A stretch of DNA of 64,000 nt from Patescibacteria group bacterium (lineage in GTDB: Bacteria > Patescibacteriota > Patescibacteriia > UBA9570). Below the pieces are notes generated by a model, which saw only the letters and a list, made by a program, of their open reading frames with translations, had not been told where the DNA came from and searched no databases. Both the position numbers and the translations under genes were made by a program. Where the stretch lies: contig JBAZWO010000001.1 in assembly GCA_041660305.1 (NCBI GenBank), forward strand, positions 354,268 to 418,267, read 5' to 3'. Of this stretch, positions 28,030 through 37,377 are shown piece by piece. Positions within the stretch are counted from its first letter, which is position 1; every line of letters starts with the position of its first letter.

Positions 28030-28487
28030 TGCTTATTTTACTTAATTTATAGTGGTTAACCTGCACCGAATTTTGTAGATTAATGGCTATAAATTAGCAA
28101 TGTAAAAGGATTTTCGGGGGTGTCCCCCCAGCAACCGGCCATTACGGCCATAAATATGCCTGAGAACACCCCCATACTTTAAGTTAACCTTGTCTATCCC
28201 GTCTTAACGACGGAACGAGCAAAGAATTTCTACTTAAAGCAGAAGTGCTTTGTTCTACTCTCTGCTGGTGATAGTAGTTCAATCTCGCGTATAGCGAGAT
28301 CTCTCTAGTAAGTCGCTGTCCCTCGATCTCGCCGAAGCAAGATATAAATGAGGGCTGGCGAAGAAAAAATTTTATTTTTATTTTTTCCAGCAAATTTCCT
28401 ACCAGAGAAATATTTATGTCTAAGTTATCCTTAGAAATAAATTTCTCCCTAGTAGCTTGAGTTATTCACATGTAATGAGCAATTAAT
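28030..28487 (-). ncRNA. candidate structured RNA or long structured 5' leader, class unknown
   Basis: A near-consensus promoter drives it on the minus strand: TTGACC (28522-28517), 17 nt, TATACT (28499-28494). The body is locally GC-rich with many compact hairpins. These include c(UUCG)g within aucuugc-uucg-gcgagau, aucucgc-uauac-gcgagau, ccguc-guuaa-gacgg and ggcc-guaau-ggcc, plus competing pairings GGGGGUGU/ACACCCCC versus GGGGGG-aca-CCCCC. There is no convincing ORF. Confidence 0.4.
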
Positions 28488-28618
28488 GTATTAAGTATAG
28501 CAGAAACTAGATAACGGGTCAATAATATGGTGTAATATTGATTAATTATTGCTAATATTAGTATATAATAAAACAAATAGTTTTATTGTTAACTATACCT
28601 AGTTTATACACAACATTA

Positions 28619-29185
28619 TTAACAAGCTGTGGATAACACGATTTTTTTCACTTCTTCAGCCGCTTCGGCTAGTTTTCCCTCTTCATTAACTACTAAATAA
28701 TCCCAATCTAATAAATGCTCTAATTCGCGTTGCGCGGTTTGTAGGCGCTGTTTAATCACATCAGAACTATCCGTTTCTCTGTTAACTAAGCGTTTTTCTA
28801 GATACTCATAAGACGGCGGCATAATAAAGATGGTAACTGCGCCAGGTACCATTTTTTTATAAGCCCGCGCACCTTGTGGATCTACTTTTACAATTACCAC
28901 GTTATTACTAGCTAATTTTTGTTCCACTTCAGCTTTGGTACAACCGTATAAATTACCGTACACTTCGGCCCATTCTATTAGCTGTTGTTTAGCTACTAAA
29001 TCCTCAAACTCTGCTTTATCGATAAAATAATAAGGTTTCCCGGCAGATTCGATAACCCGTTTTGAACGTGTAGTAGTAGTAATTACTTGAGCAAATACTA
29101 AACCGTCAGTTTTTACCTGATTAATTACCGAATCTTTGCCGGCGCCCGATGGGCCGGTAACTACAAATAGTTTTCCTTTAGCCAT
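28619..29185 (-). CDS. gmk: guanylate kinase
   Basis: GPSGAGKDS P-loop, TTTR..R..E..G..Y.F, 188 aa. Confidence 0.9.
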   Translation of the reverse strand: MAKGKLFVVTGPSGAGKDSVINQVKTDGLVFAQVITTTTRSKRVIESAGKPYYFIDKAEFEDLVAKQQLIEWAEVYGNLYGCTKAEVEQKLASNNVVIVKVDPQGARAYKKMVPGAVTIFIMPPSYEYLEKRLVNRETDSSDVIKQRLQTAQRELEHLLDWDYLVVNEEGKLAEAAEEVKKIVLSTAC

Positions 29186-29189
29186 GAAA

Positions 29190-31340
29190 TTATCTATTTA
29201 ATAATGCCTTGCGTGATAAAGAAATTTTACCATTAACTCGATCTACTTCCAAGACTTTTACTTTTACTTCATCACCTTCTTTTACTACATCAGTTACTTT
29301 TTCTACTCGCTCATTAGCTAATTGAGAAATATGAATCATGCCATCTTGATTAGGAGTTAGGCTAACAATAGCGCCAATTTGCTTACTAGGATTGTTTCTA
29401 TCCGCAATTATTTTAATTACTGTGCCGGTATAAATTTCTCCTGGCACAACTTTTTTTACCACTCCTTTAATTAATTCTAACGCTTTTTTCATAGCGCCTG
29501 GATCCGCCGCTGTTACATAAACCTTGCCATCATCTTCAATATCTATTGCTACACCAGTTTCATCAATAATTTTATTAATCACTTTACCACCAGGACCAAT
29601 TAATTCACCAATTTGTTCTACTTCGATTTGTAAAATTTCAATGCGTGGAGCAAATTGCGATAATTCTTTACGTGGTGCCGCTAACGTAGCTTGCATGTTG
29701 GCTAATAATGTTTGGCGAGCTTGTTTGGCTTTTACAAATACAGCCTGCACCATAGCTAACGTTAAACCATCAAATTTAATATCTAACTGAATAGCGGTAA
29801 TACCAGTGCTAGTACCGGCTACTTTAAAATCCATGGAACGATCGTAATCCTCTACATCTTGAATATCGGTTAAAATCTTATACTCGGCTTTAGAATTAGG
29901 TGCTTTAAACGCAATGCCAAGCGCAATACCAGCTACTGGCTGTTTAATAGGTACGCCTGCATCCATTAATGATAATGACGAGCCACAAATAGAACCTTGC
30001 GAAGATGAGCCATTGGAAGATAACACCTCGGATACTACCCGAATGGTATAAGGAAACTGTTCTTTTGGCGGTAACACGGCTAATAACGCTTTTTCAGCTA
30101 AAGCCCCGTGACCAATTTCCCGCCGACCTGGCCCACGCATGGGCTGTGCTTCACCTACAGAAAATGGTGGAAAATTATAATGATGAAAATAACGCCGTTT
30201 TTCATCATTTAACCGCATAGTATCAAAAATCTGCTCGTTACTAGGAGAGCTTAGGGTAACAATGGATAATACTTGAGTATCGCCGCGTTGAAACATACCA
30301 GAACCATGCACGCGTGGTACTAAACCAACGCTAGTAGCTAATGGCCTAATTTCATCCAAACCCCGATCATCGACCCGCTTGCCTTCAGCAAAAATACGAC
30401 GCACCATTTCGTTTTGGAATAACTCTTCAAAATGTAAACCGGCATATTTACGGCTAACTGCGTCATCGACTGGAAATTGTTCTAGTAGCGCTTTATTAAT
30501 CACCGAGAAACGATGATGACGTTCACGTTTATTGCCTTTACCAAATAAATTAGCCCCTTCCGCTTTAAAATGAGCATCAGCTTTTTGTTCGGCGGCTTGT
30601 TTTAACGTAACTACTTCAGCGGGTAATTCCGGTAAAGTAACGGCTATCTTGGCCTTGCCTATGTCTTTTTGAATGGTTTGTAATAGCTCGATTACCGGCT
30701 GTAATTGCTGTAAACCATATTCAATGGCTTTAAATGTAACATCTTCACTAGCTTCCCGGCCATCGGCTTCTAACATAACCGTTTCCATATTGCGCCCAGA
30801 CACAAATACGTTAATATCGCTGGTGTCTAGTTGTTCAGAAGTTGGATTTAAGAAATATTCACCAGCTTTTCCAGCTACAATACAGCCGGCTAATGGCCCT
30901 TGCCATGGAATATTAGAAACCATTAAGACAGCGGCGGCACCAATTAACCCAGCAATATCTGAATCGCTGTTTTCATCATACGATAATACGGTAACAACTA
31001 TTTGAATATCATTACGAATGCGTTCATCAAATAACGGCCGAATAGACCGATCGATTAATCTACCAGATAATACAGAATCATCAGACGGCCGCCCTTCTCG
31101 CTTAATAAAGCGTGAACCGGAAATTTTACCAGCCGCGTACATATTTTCTTTATACTCTACCATTAGCGGAAAATACGACAAACCTTCGCGAATATTATCG
31201 GACATGACTGCTGTGGCTAAAATCATGGTATCACCATAACGTACGGTACAAGCAGCGTTAGCCTGGCCAGCCAAGCGATTAAATTCAATTACCAATGGGC
31301 GATTGCCCCAATTAATTTCATAACGTTTGATATCTGTCAT
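29190..31340 (-). CDS. pnp: polyribonucleotide nucleotidyltransferase (PNPase)
   Basis: 716 aa with two RNase PH domains, a KH domain (GPGGKVINKI) and a C-terminal S1 domain (GEIYTGTV...GMIHISQL). Confidence 0.95.
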   Translation of the reverse strand: MTDIKRYEINWGNRPLVIEFNRLAGQANAACTVRYGDTMILATAVMSDNIREGLSYFPLMVEYKENMYAAGKISGSRFIKREGRPSDDSVLSGRLIDRSIRPLFDERIRNDIQIVVTVLSYDENSDSDIAGLIGAAAVLMVSNIPWQGPLAGCIVAGKAGEYFLNPTSEQLDTSDINVFVSGRNMETVMLEADGREASEDVTFKAIEYGLQQLQPVIELLQTIQKDIGKAKIAVTLPELPAEVVTLKQAAEQKADAHFKAEGANLFGKGNKRERHHRFSVINKALLEQFPVDDAVSRKYAGLHFEELFQNEMVRRIFAEGKRVDDRGLDEIRPLATSVGLVPRVHGSGMFQRGDTQVLSIVTLSSPSNEQIFDTMRLNDEKRRYFHHYNFPPFSVGEAQPMRGPGRREIGHGALAEKALLAVLPPKEQFPYTIRVVSEVLSSNGSSSQGSICGSSLSLMDAGVPIKQPVAGIALGIAFKAPNSKAEYKILTDIQDVEDYDRSMDFKVAGTSTGITAIQLDIKFDGLTLAMVQAVFVKAKQARQTLLANMQATLAAPRKELSQFAPRIEILQIEVEQIGELIGPGGKVINKIIDETGVAIDIEDDGKVYVTAADPGAMKKALELIKGVVKKVVPGEIYTGTVIKIIADRNNPSKQIGAIVSLTPNQDGMIHISQLANERVEKVTDVVKEGDEVKVKVLEVDRVNGKISLSRKALLNR

Positions 31341-31364
31341 ATGTATTGTAATGTTTCTTAACTT

Positions 31365-31417
31365 ACCTACGAACTGCAGATTCTCACGTTAGTGAGAGAA
31401 CCTATGTGTTCGTAGAT
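31365..31417 (-). promoter_or_regulatory. long stem-loop in the pnp 5' leader (candidate RNase III/autoregulation hairpin)
   Basis: Outer stem ctacgaac/gttcgtag (31367-74 / 31408-15) encloses inner stem ttctcac-gtta-gtgagaa. It lies 25 nt upstream of the pnp ATG, and E. coli pnp has an analogous processed leader hairpin. Confidence 0.4.
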
Positions 31418-31457
31418 AAGCGCTAATTAAATTATAGATATTAAATGAACTTGAAAA

Positions 31458-31494
31458 CAACACTAACCTAGATATTTCTACCTAGGTTAGTGTT
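31458..31494 (-). terminator. rpsO terminator/attenuator hairpin
   Basis: 13-bp perfect stem aacactaacctag/ctaggttagtgtt, followed on the minus strand by GUUUUC. It lies 25 nt downstream of the rpsO stop. Confidence 0.65.
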
Positions 31495-31518
31495 TTGATT
31501 TAAAAAATAATACAACAT

Positions 31519-31791
31519 CTAGACGCTGTCCTTTAATTTTAACGCTTTAATTAAGGTTTCGTAACCCGAACGGTTTTCTTTCTTTAAATAACGTAATAAT
31601 CTGCGGCGTTGGCCAACTTTTTTTAATAAACCACGTCGAGAAGACACGTCTTTCTTATGTATTTGTAAATGTGATGTTACATCATTAATCTCATACGTTA
31701 ACAAAGCAATTTGTACCTGGGGAGACCCGGTATCATCTTGCTTGGTAGCGTATTTTTTAATTATTTTATCTTTCTGTTCTTTCGTAAGCAT
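31519..31791 (-). CDS. rpsO: 30S ribosomal protein S15
   Basis: [14 protein letters not shown]...[14 protein letters not shown]...HKKD..SRRGLL..V..RR.LL.YL. I chose ATG 31791. Confidence 0.9.
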   Translation of the reverse strand: MLTKEQKDKIIKKYATKQDDTGSPQVQIALLTYEINDVTSHLQIHKKDVSSRRGLLKKVGQRRRLLRYLKKENRSGYETLIKALKLKDSV

Positions 31792-31946
31792 ACGATTTTG
31801 TTCTATTCTTAGCAATATCCGAGTCAACCGCGGTGTCGCCGGAAGCCCAGGTATCGACTACTGGTTAGTTAAGTAATTGCTAGTGTAACAATTTTATAAA
31901 AATCGGTCAATTAGTTTATAAAAACTGTTAAAAATACAAAAAATAC

Positions 31947-32486
31947 CTAAACTTTATTACCTGGTTTTGGCAGCCTAGCTCGTAATGGCCGAATTAATAA
32001 CGAATCTTTAAATTCCGCTAAATCCACGAAACGTTCAGCTTCGGCGCGTAATAAGCTGGAAGATGATGGACCGAAGGCTAATACTTCAGCCCGGCAACCT
32101 AACGCTTTCACATGTTTTAAAAGTTCCGCAAAATCACCATCGCCAGATACTAACACTACTACATCTAGCTTATCGGCTAAGCGCATAATATCCATGGCGA
32201 TACCCACGTCCCAATCCCCTTTTTTGGCGCCACCATAAAATACTTGTAAATCCTTGCTGCGAATTTCCAAACCACGTTTTTCTAACGATTCAAAAAACGA
32301 TTGCTCTTGTTTGCTTTCGGCGCGAATTACATAAGCAATCGCGCGAATTAACGTACGCTCGGCTAAGGCAATATCTAGCACTTTGCCAAAATCCACTTTT
32401 TGGCCATACAGTGCTTTAGCAGAATAATACATGTTTTGTATATCCACAAACACACCCACGCGTTGTTGTTGTAATTTTGTTGTCAT
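31947..32486 (-). CDS. NYN-domain (LabA/DUF88) protein
   Basis: VGVFVDIQNMYYS...DVGIAMDIM......DVVVLVSGDGDFAELL. I chose ATG 32486. Confidence 0.75.
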   Translation of the reverse strand: MTTKLQQQRVGVFVDIQNMYYSAKALYGQKVDFGKVLDIALAERTLIRAIAYVIRAESKQEQSFFESLEKRGLEIRSKDLQVFYGGAKKGDWDVGIAMDIMRLADKLDVVVLVSGDGDFAELLKHVKALGCRAEVLAFGPSSSSLLRAEAERFVDLAEFKDSLLIRPLRARLPKPGNKV

Positions 32487-32517
32487 AATACTGTTATTAT
32501 AGCACGTTATTAATAAT

Positions 32518-32650
32518 GTTTGAAACACTGATGTCGCTGATAAATGCTGATGACACAGATAAATACAAATGCATTAAATTGCATTATCTGTGAAATCAGA
32601 AATTTCATCAGCGTCATCTGTGATTCGAGTATTTTAAATCAGTGTTTCAA
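32518..32650. repeat. about 130-nt imperfect long palindrome in a divergent intergenic region
   Basis: Outer 13-bp inverted repeat ttgaaacactgat / atcagtgtttcaa. Inner complementary pairs are cacagataa/ttatctgtg and gctgatga/tcatcagc. Confidence 0.7.
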
Positions 32651-32680
32651 TTTTTGTAATAGTGTCGTACAATACCTTAC

Positions 32681-33607
32681 ATGTCCACACTTGATAAATT
32701 AATTACTGATTTTTTGGAATATTTAGAGATTGAAAAAAATCGGTCGCAAAAAACGATTCGTAATTATAGTTTTTATTTACATCGGTTTGCTAGCATGACC
32801 AAACTATCCAACCCTAATGCCATCACCAGTGCTGTGGTACGTAATTATCGTTTACAATTAAATCGTTTACCCAATTTGCGCTTTAACACTAATTTAAAAA
32901 AGAAAACGCAAAATTATCATCTCATTGCTTTGCGTGCGTTCTTAAAATATCTAGCCAAGCGCGATATTGTTTCACTAGCTCCAGACAAAATTGAACTCGC
33001 CAAGCAAGAAGACCGGCAAATTGAATATTTAATGGGCTCGGAATTGGAAGAATTATTGGCCGCACCATTAAAATCATCCGCGTCCATTATTTCCTATCGC
33101 GACAAAGCCATTCTAGAATTATTATTCTCTACCGGTTTACGTGTATCTGAATTAGCTAATCTAAAAATTGGAGACGTTAATTTAAAACGAGAAGAATTTT
33201 CAGTACGCGGTAAAGGTAGTAAAATTAGGTTGGTATTTTTATCGGAACAAGCCCGCTACTGGCTAAAAGAATATCTATCCAAACGCCAAGATACGGCGCC
33301 GTATTTATTTGTAGCCCATGATCGCGCCAGTATTGCCCGTGATAAAAACGAACAGCCAAAACCGTTAACATCGCGCTCCATTGAGCGCCTGATTCAACAT
33401 TATGCTAAACAAGTAGGTATTATGAAACGTATTACACCACACACGTTACGCCATAGTTATGCTACAGATTTATTAAGTAACGGTGCTGATATTCGTTCCG
33501 TCCAGACTATGTTAGGCCATTCTTCTATTACCACTACGCAAATCTATACGCACGTAACCAATCAACAATTAAAAGAAACCTATAAAAAATTTCACCGGGT
33601 TCACTAA
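32681..33607 (+). CDS. tyrosine recombinase, XerC/XerD family
   Basis: SAM-like N-domain, then R...HTLRHSYATDLL..GADIRSVQTMLGHSSITTTQIYTHV (R-H-R-Y catalytic pattern). TACAAT lies 7 nt upstream of the ATG. Confidence 0.85.
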   Translation: MSTLDKLITDFLEYLEIEKNRSQKTIRNYSFYLHRFASMTKLSNPNAITSAVVRNYRLQLNRLPNLRFNTNLKKKTQNYHLIALRAFLKYLAKRDIVSLAPDKIELAKQEDRQIEYLMGSELEELLAAPLKSSASIISYRDKAILELLFSTGLRVSELANLKIGDVNLKREEFSVRGKGSKIRLVFLSEQARYWLKEYLSKRQDTAPYLFVAHDRASIARDKNEQPKPLTSRSIERLIQHYAKQVGIMKRITPHTLRHSYATDLLSNGADIRSVQTMLGHSSITTTQIYTHVTNQQLKETYKKFHRVH

Positions 33608-33635
33608 TTGTAACCCACCGGCCTAAAGCCGGGGA

Positions 33636-35345
33636 TTACAAAGATTGTACCCATTCTACACTGGTAGTTACCGGCAATTGATAGCGACCGGTGCTGGAAC
33701 TGTATTGTTGTTGGGCGCTATTAAATAATTGGGTTGTGACAGTATTAGTGTTTGATAAAAAAATACTAGCTGTTTTATTATCACTCATACCCCACAATGC
33801 GTATTGATTTTGATTGTTCACTTGGAACCGTGTTAAATATTGATTCGTTCTAGTGGAAACAGCTAAATCATCAATGCGCACAATATGTTCTTCATTATCA
33901 GCTACAGCTATATCATTATTATCTAATACAAATCCTACTGCTTTAATAGGCTGATTAATTACGCCGTTATTATTACCACCCCAATGCGCCGCCGAGCTTG
34001 ATAACTGAACTGTATAACGCAACCACTGTGCTGGCATGTAGCCTAAATTATATTGAAACGTTTCACCACTCTTATCAATAATTCTTACCCGCAACGTGGT
34101 ATCATCGTTATTACCTTTTAATTTAAGCTGAATGGACCGCGTATTTAATGGTAAATTTTTTTCTAACATAATCGGCGCATAACAATTACCCTTTCCAAAC
34201 TGGTAACTTATACGTAACTTACTTTCTTTCGGACGATCCTTCACATTACCAGTAGTACACACTTCATCTTGTATATGCCACCCCTGATTACGATTAAAAT
34301 TATCAAATAATTTTACTTGGGTTAAACCGGCATCAATTACGGTTGTATTGTCTAATTTATTTTTTATAAATTGATAAGCCGTTTTAGCTGGTTTATCTGT
34401 ATAAACATTAGTAAATAATCCAAAATATTTATCGGTTAATGTAGGATCGCTCGCTGTATCGGTTAAGCTATACCAAAATACTTTTTGTACATCTGGCACA
34501 CTCAAAGCTATGGTATACAGCCTGGTTAAATAATCAGCTTGCGTTTGTTCGCTTACTCCGGCTGCGGCAGTAGTCCAGCCCACTTCTGTTAACCAAATTG
34601 GCACTGTTTTTTGTTGCCAATATCTACTAACCGCTTTTACATTATATAAATCTGTTACTAGCGTATTTAAATTATTAACCGTATCTTCTGGCGCGTAATT
34701 AAAATTGCTACCAACCTGCCGATATGGATGTACTGCTACTACGTCCATAATATTTGGCTCGGTTAAATTTTTATACACCTTGGTTAAAAAATCAGTATCC
34801 GCTCCAGATAAGCCGCCTAGCACTATTTTAGCATTGGGATTTTTTGTTTTAATAGCGTTAGCCGCCGCCTCTAAATAAAGCGCATAAGTAGCGGCATCAC
34901 TTTTCCAAAACCCTGAATTATTCGGTTCATTCCAAATTTCCCAGTAAGTAATGTTGTCTTTGTAATGATCGGCTACCGTGCCCACATAATCTTGCCACGC
35001 CATCATATTCGGCGGATCAAATTCACTGGTAGCTGCCCACTTACTACTATAAGTTAACAAGCCTAAAATTTGGATATTATGCGCTTGGTATGCTTGTACC
35101 GCTTGATCGTACTGTGTAAACGAATATTGATCGTCTATCGATTCTACCACATCCCAATTAAATTCTTCTCGCCCCCATTGTACACCTGTGTTTTGCGCCT
35201 GTTGCATTACCATTGCCCAGTCTGCCGGAATAATCCGCTGGCGTAAATGAATATTGGCGCCAAAAGCATCGTGTATAGAAAATGTACTGGCTTGCACTAA
35301 TACCGGCTGTAAACATAACATTACAGCCAACACTATTTTTTTCAT
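33636..35345 (-). CDS. secreted clan GH-A (TIM-barrel) glycoside hydrolase with a C-terminal beta-rich domain
   Basis: Signal peptide MKKIVLAVMLCLQPVLVQA. YWEIWNEPN is the acid/base NEP motif, and WLTEVGW is the nucleophile Glu. I chose ATG 35345, a 4-nt overlap with the upstream gene. Confidence 0.7.
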   Translation of the reverse strand: MKKIVLAVMLCLQPVLVQASTFSIHDAFGANIHLRQRIIPADWAMVMQQAQNTGVQWGREEFNWDVVESIDDQYSFTQYDQAVQAYQAHNIQILGLLTYSSKWAATSEFDPPNMMAWQDYVGTVADHYKDNITYWEIWNEPNNSGFWKSDAATYALYLEAAANAIKTKNPNAKIVLGGLSGADTDFLTKVYKNLTEPNIMDVVAVHPYRQVGSNFNYAPEDTVNNLNTLVTDLYNVKAVSRYWQQKTVPIWLTEVGWTTAAAGVSEQTQADYLTRLYTIALSVPDVQKVFWYSLTDTASDPTLTDKYFGLFTNVYTDKPAKTAYQFIKNKLDNTTVIDAGLTQVKLFDNFNRNQGWHIQDEVCTTGNVKDRPKESKLRISYQFGKGNCYAPIMLEKNLPLNTRSIQLKLKGNNDDTTLRVRIIDKSGETFQYNLGYMPAQWLRYTVQLSSSAAHWGGNNNGVINQPIKAVGFVLDNNDIAVADNEEHIVRIDDLAVSTRTNQYLTRFQVNNQNQYALWGMSDNKTASIFLSNTNTVTTQLFNSAQQQYSSSTGRYQLPVTTSVEWVQSL

Positions 35346-36364
35346 ATCTTTATTTTGCCACGTTTTAGAAAAACATAACAGCCAAGCCATAATGGCACCA
35401 TTAACCAGATTAATTTAATACTGGGAAAACACAGCCAAATAGTAAGATCAATTACTACCCAATGATAAATATAAATAGACAAGGTAGCATTGCCTAACAA
35501 ACGTAATACTGCTAAACAATATTTTATAATGCTACTTTTTATGCTTTCTAACCAAACAAATAAATAAACTAATAAAAACAGTATACTACTACTAGCTACT
35601 AAATAAAACGGTTTTAATGGATACATGTACTCTTCTAGCCGTAACGATTGATTAGTAACCGCATAATAATACACATAACCAATTGTTAACAATAAACTAA
35701 TAGAAAATAATTCACCGCGTCGTCGCTCAAAACCTAATTGTGCAAAAATAATGCCTAATAAATATGGTTGGATCCAAAATAATGGCGGCACCAACACGGT
35801 ATGTTCACCGTATAACAACTGTAAAATTGGTTGCTGCGCTGGATAATAAAAATAATTAATGATTAATGACCCAATAAATATAGCTAATACTCCTAACACC
35901 GGATACTTAATAGTTTTTATTAACCATAATATGAGTGGTGAAACTAACAACAACAATCCAATAGTAAATATAATAGTAATCGGCACAGAAAAAGCTTGAA
36001 ATAAAAAAATATGTTTTATATCAAATATATTTTTTTCAGAAAATTGCCAAAAAAACGGTTCAGTTTTAAAATTAAACACCCCTAATTTAATTACACTATA
36101 TAAAAAATAAATGCCAATTAACTCTGCTCCGCGGCGTAATAATTTTTTACTAACTAGCATTAATGGTTTGTTAAAATACGCTACATATACCACACTCCCT
36201 ACTAACGCAATAAATAAAAACACACTGGGATACAATAATTCCTTTAACCAACCCTGCATGTTTGACAATGGTATATTAGACCAATCTAATAAGTGCACCA
36301 ACATTACTCCTAATATGGCTAAGCCTTTTAAATAAGAAATATAATTATTACGTTTTTTGTCCAT
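35342..36364 (-). CDS. integral-membrane acyltransferase (acyltransferase-3/OafA-like)
   Basis: About 10 TM helices with N-terminal ISYLKGLAILGVMLVHL. ATG 36364 is used; the track start is GTG 36370. Confidence 0.6.
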   Translation of the reverse strand: MDKKRNNYISYLKGLAILGVMLVHLLDWSNIPLSNMQGWLKELLYPSVFLFIALVGSVVYVAYFNKPLMLVSKKLLRRGAELIGIYFLYSVIKLGVFNFKTEPFFWQFSEKNIFDIKHIFLFQAFSVPITIIFTIGLLLLVSPLILWLIKTIKYPVLGVLAIFIGSLIINYFYYPAQQPILQLLYGEHTVLVPPLFWIQPYLLGIIFAQLGFERRRGELFSISLLLTIGYVYYYAVTNQSLRLEEYMYPLKPFYLVASSSILFLLVYLFVWLESIKSSIIKYCLAVLRLLGNATLSIYIYHWVVIDLTIWLCFPSIKLIWLMVPLWLGCYVFLKRGKIKI

Positions 36365-36401
36365 ACACACTTCAACATTATACTAGTTTTAACAAAAAAT
36401 A

Positions 36402-36431
36402 AAATAACCCTTGAATTATCAAGGGTTATTT
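36402..36431 (-). terminator. rho-independent terminator
   Basis: aaataaccctTGA-attat-TCAagggttattt, followed on the minus strand by a T-rich run. It lies 20 nt downstream of the 36451 stop. Confidence 0.65.
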
Positions 36432-36450
36432 ATCTTAAAACACTTGTGTT

Positions 36451-37281
36451 TTATTCAACTGTTGGCAATGTACTACCTACTTGCTGCATATCATAAACCG
36501 CCATAGTGGCTGTATAAACATCTTCCGTAACCACTACATAAGTTTCTCGGCTAGCCGTATCAGTTAATGTTTCTAAACTAGCTTCCGCTTGTGTAACTAA
36601 TGTATTAGCGGTATTAATAACCTGCTCATAAAGCGCTGTATCAACATCCTGATTCTTTGGATTTAAATTATAAGCTTTGTATTTTCCTAATTGTATTTGC
36701 GCTAAGCCAACCGCCGCTCGATCCACTTCTACTAATTTAGTTACACCATCAGTATACACATCTACTCCTAAATCTTTTAATTCAGCTTTGCTATCATACA
36801 ACACTTGCGCAGCCTCTTGGCGAGCCTGCACTAACTGCTCCGAACTAGTAGCTGTACCAACATCGGTTTTTAGAGATTCTAAAGTTTTTTGGGTAGCATC
36901 AATAGTAGTTTGTAATTCTTTTTTTGTAGCCGCTGATAACACAATCGTGGTATCATTTTGTAGTTTTTCTTCTGCTGTAGTTAGGGCTGTTAATGCTTGG
37001 TCTAGTAAACTTAATACGGCTTGTTGACGTTGTTCAAATGCTTTAGTTTTTATAGTAGCAGCCGTTTCACCGGTAACTACCGTTTTAGTACCTTTGGCTT
37101 GTGCAACTTGTAAATCCAGTGTAGCTAAAGTATCAAATAATGCCTGTTTTTGATATTGAACAGCAGCTGAAATAGGCAATGTAGTAATCATGGTAATGGC
37201 GGCCGCAATACCAAAATACAAGGTAACATGGTGATAGGTATCGTTAGGGCATTTTTTAGTTGGACATTTTTTTGTTGGCAT
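36451..37281 (-). CDS. membrane-anchored alpha-helical protein, unknown function
   Basis: 276 aa with N-terminal duplicated PTKKCP-PTKKCP, one TM helix, then an A/T/Q/L-rich helical region. Confidence 0.55.
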   Translation of the reverse strand: MPTKKCPTKKCPNDTYHHVTLYFGIAAAITMITTLPISAAVQYQKQALFDTLATLDLQVAQAKGTKTVVTGETAATIKTKAFEQRQQAVLSLLDQALTALTTAEEKLQNDTTIVLSAATKKELQTTIDATQKTLESLKTDVGTATSSEQLVQARQEAAQVLYDSKAELKDLGVDVYTDGVTKLVEVDRAAVGLAQIQLGKYKAYNLNPKNQDVDTALYEQVINTANTLVTQAEASLETLTDTASRETYVVVTEDVYTATMAVYDMQQVGSTLPTVE

Positions 37282-37377
37282 AAAAATTTTTATTTTTCTA
37301 CTTAAATTATTAAAATATTAATAACATTATACCGCAAATTTTCATCTCCGTCAATATCGTGTTATGCTGTAAGTACT

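Noticed and set aside
28184-28393. 69-aa ORF in the gmk/DksA-like gap
   Set aside because: It has no start context and reads through a chain of RNA hairpins. Its composition is unlike the local proteins. The region is better explained as a structured RNA.
28030-28487. Possible tmRNA, RNase P RNA, SRP RNA or TPP riboswitch
   Set aside because: tmRNA is unlikely: there is no GGGG...tRNA-like 3' end (T-arm GGTTCGAATCC, CCA), and the only short tag-like frame ends ...NKALLL*, not ...LAA*. RNase P is unlikely: there is no GGAAAGTCC or ACAGAA motif. The plus strand shows GGGGUG...CUGAGA...ACCC, reminiscent of a TPP aptamer, but the pyrophosphate-sensing half (ACCUGAUCUGGAUAAUGCCAGCG-AGGGA) is not matched and no plus-strand gene follows. 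The class therefore stays unknown.
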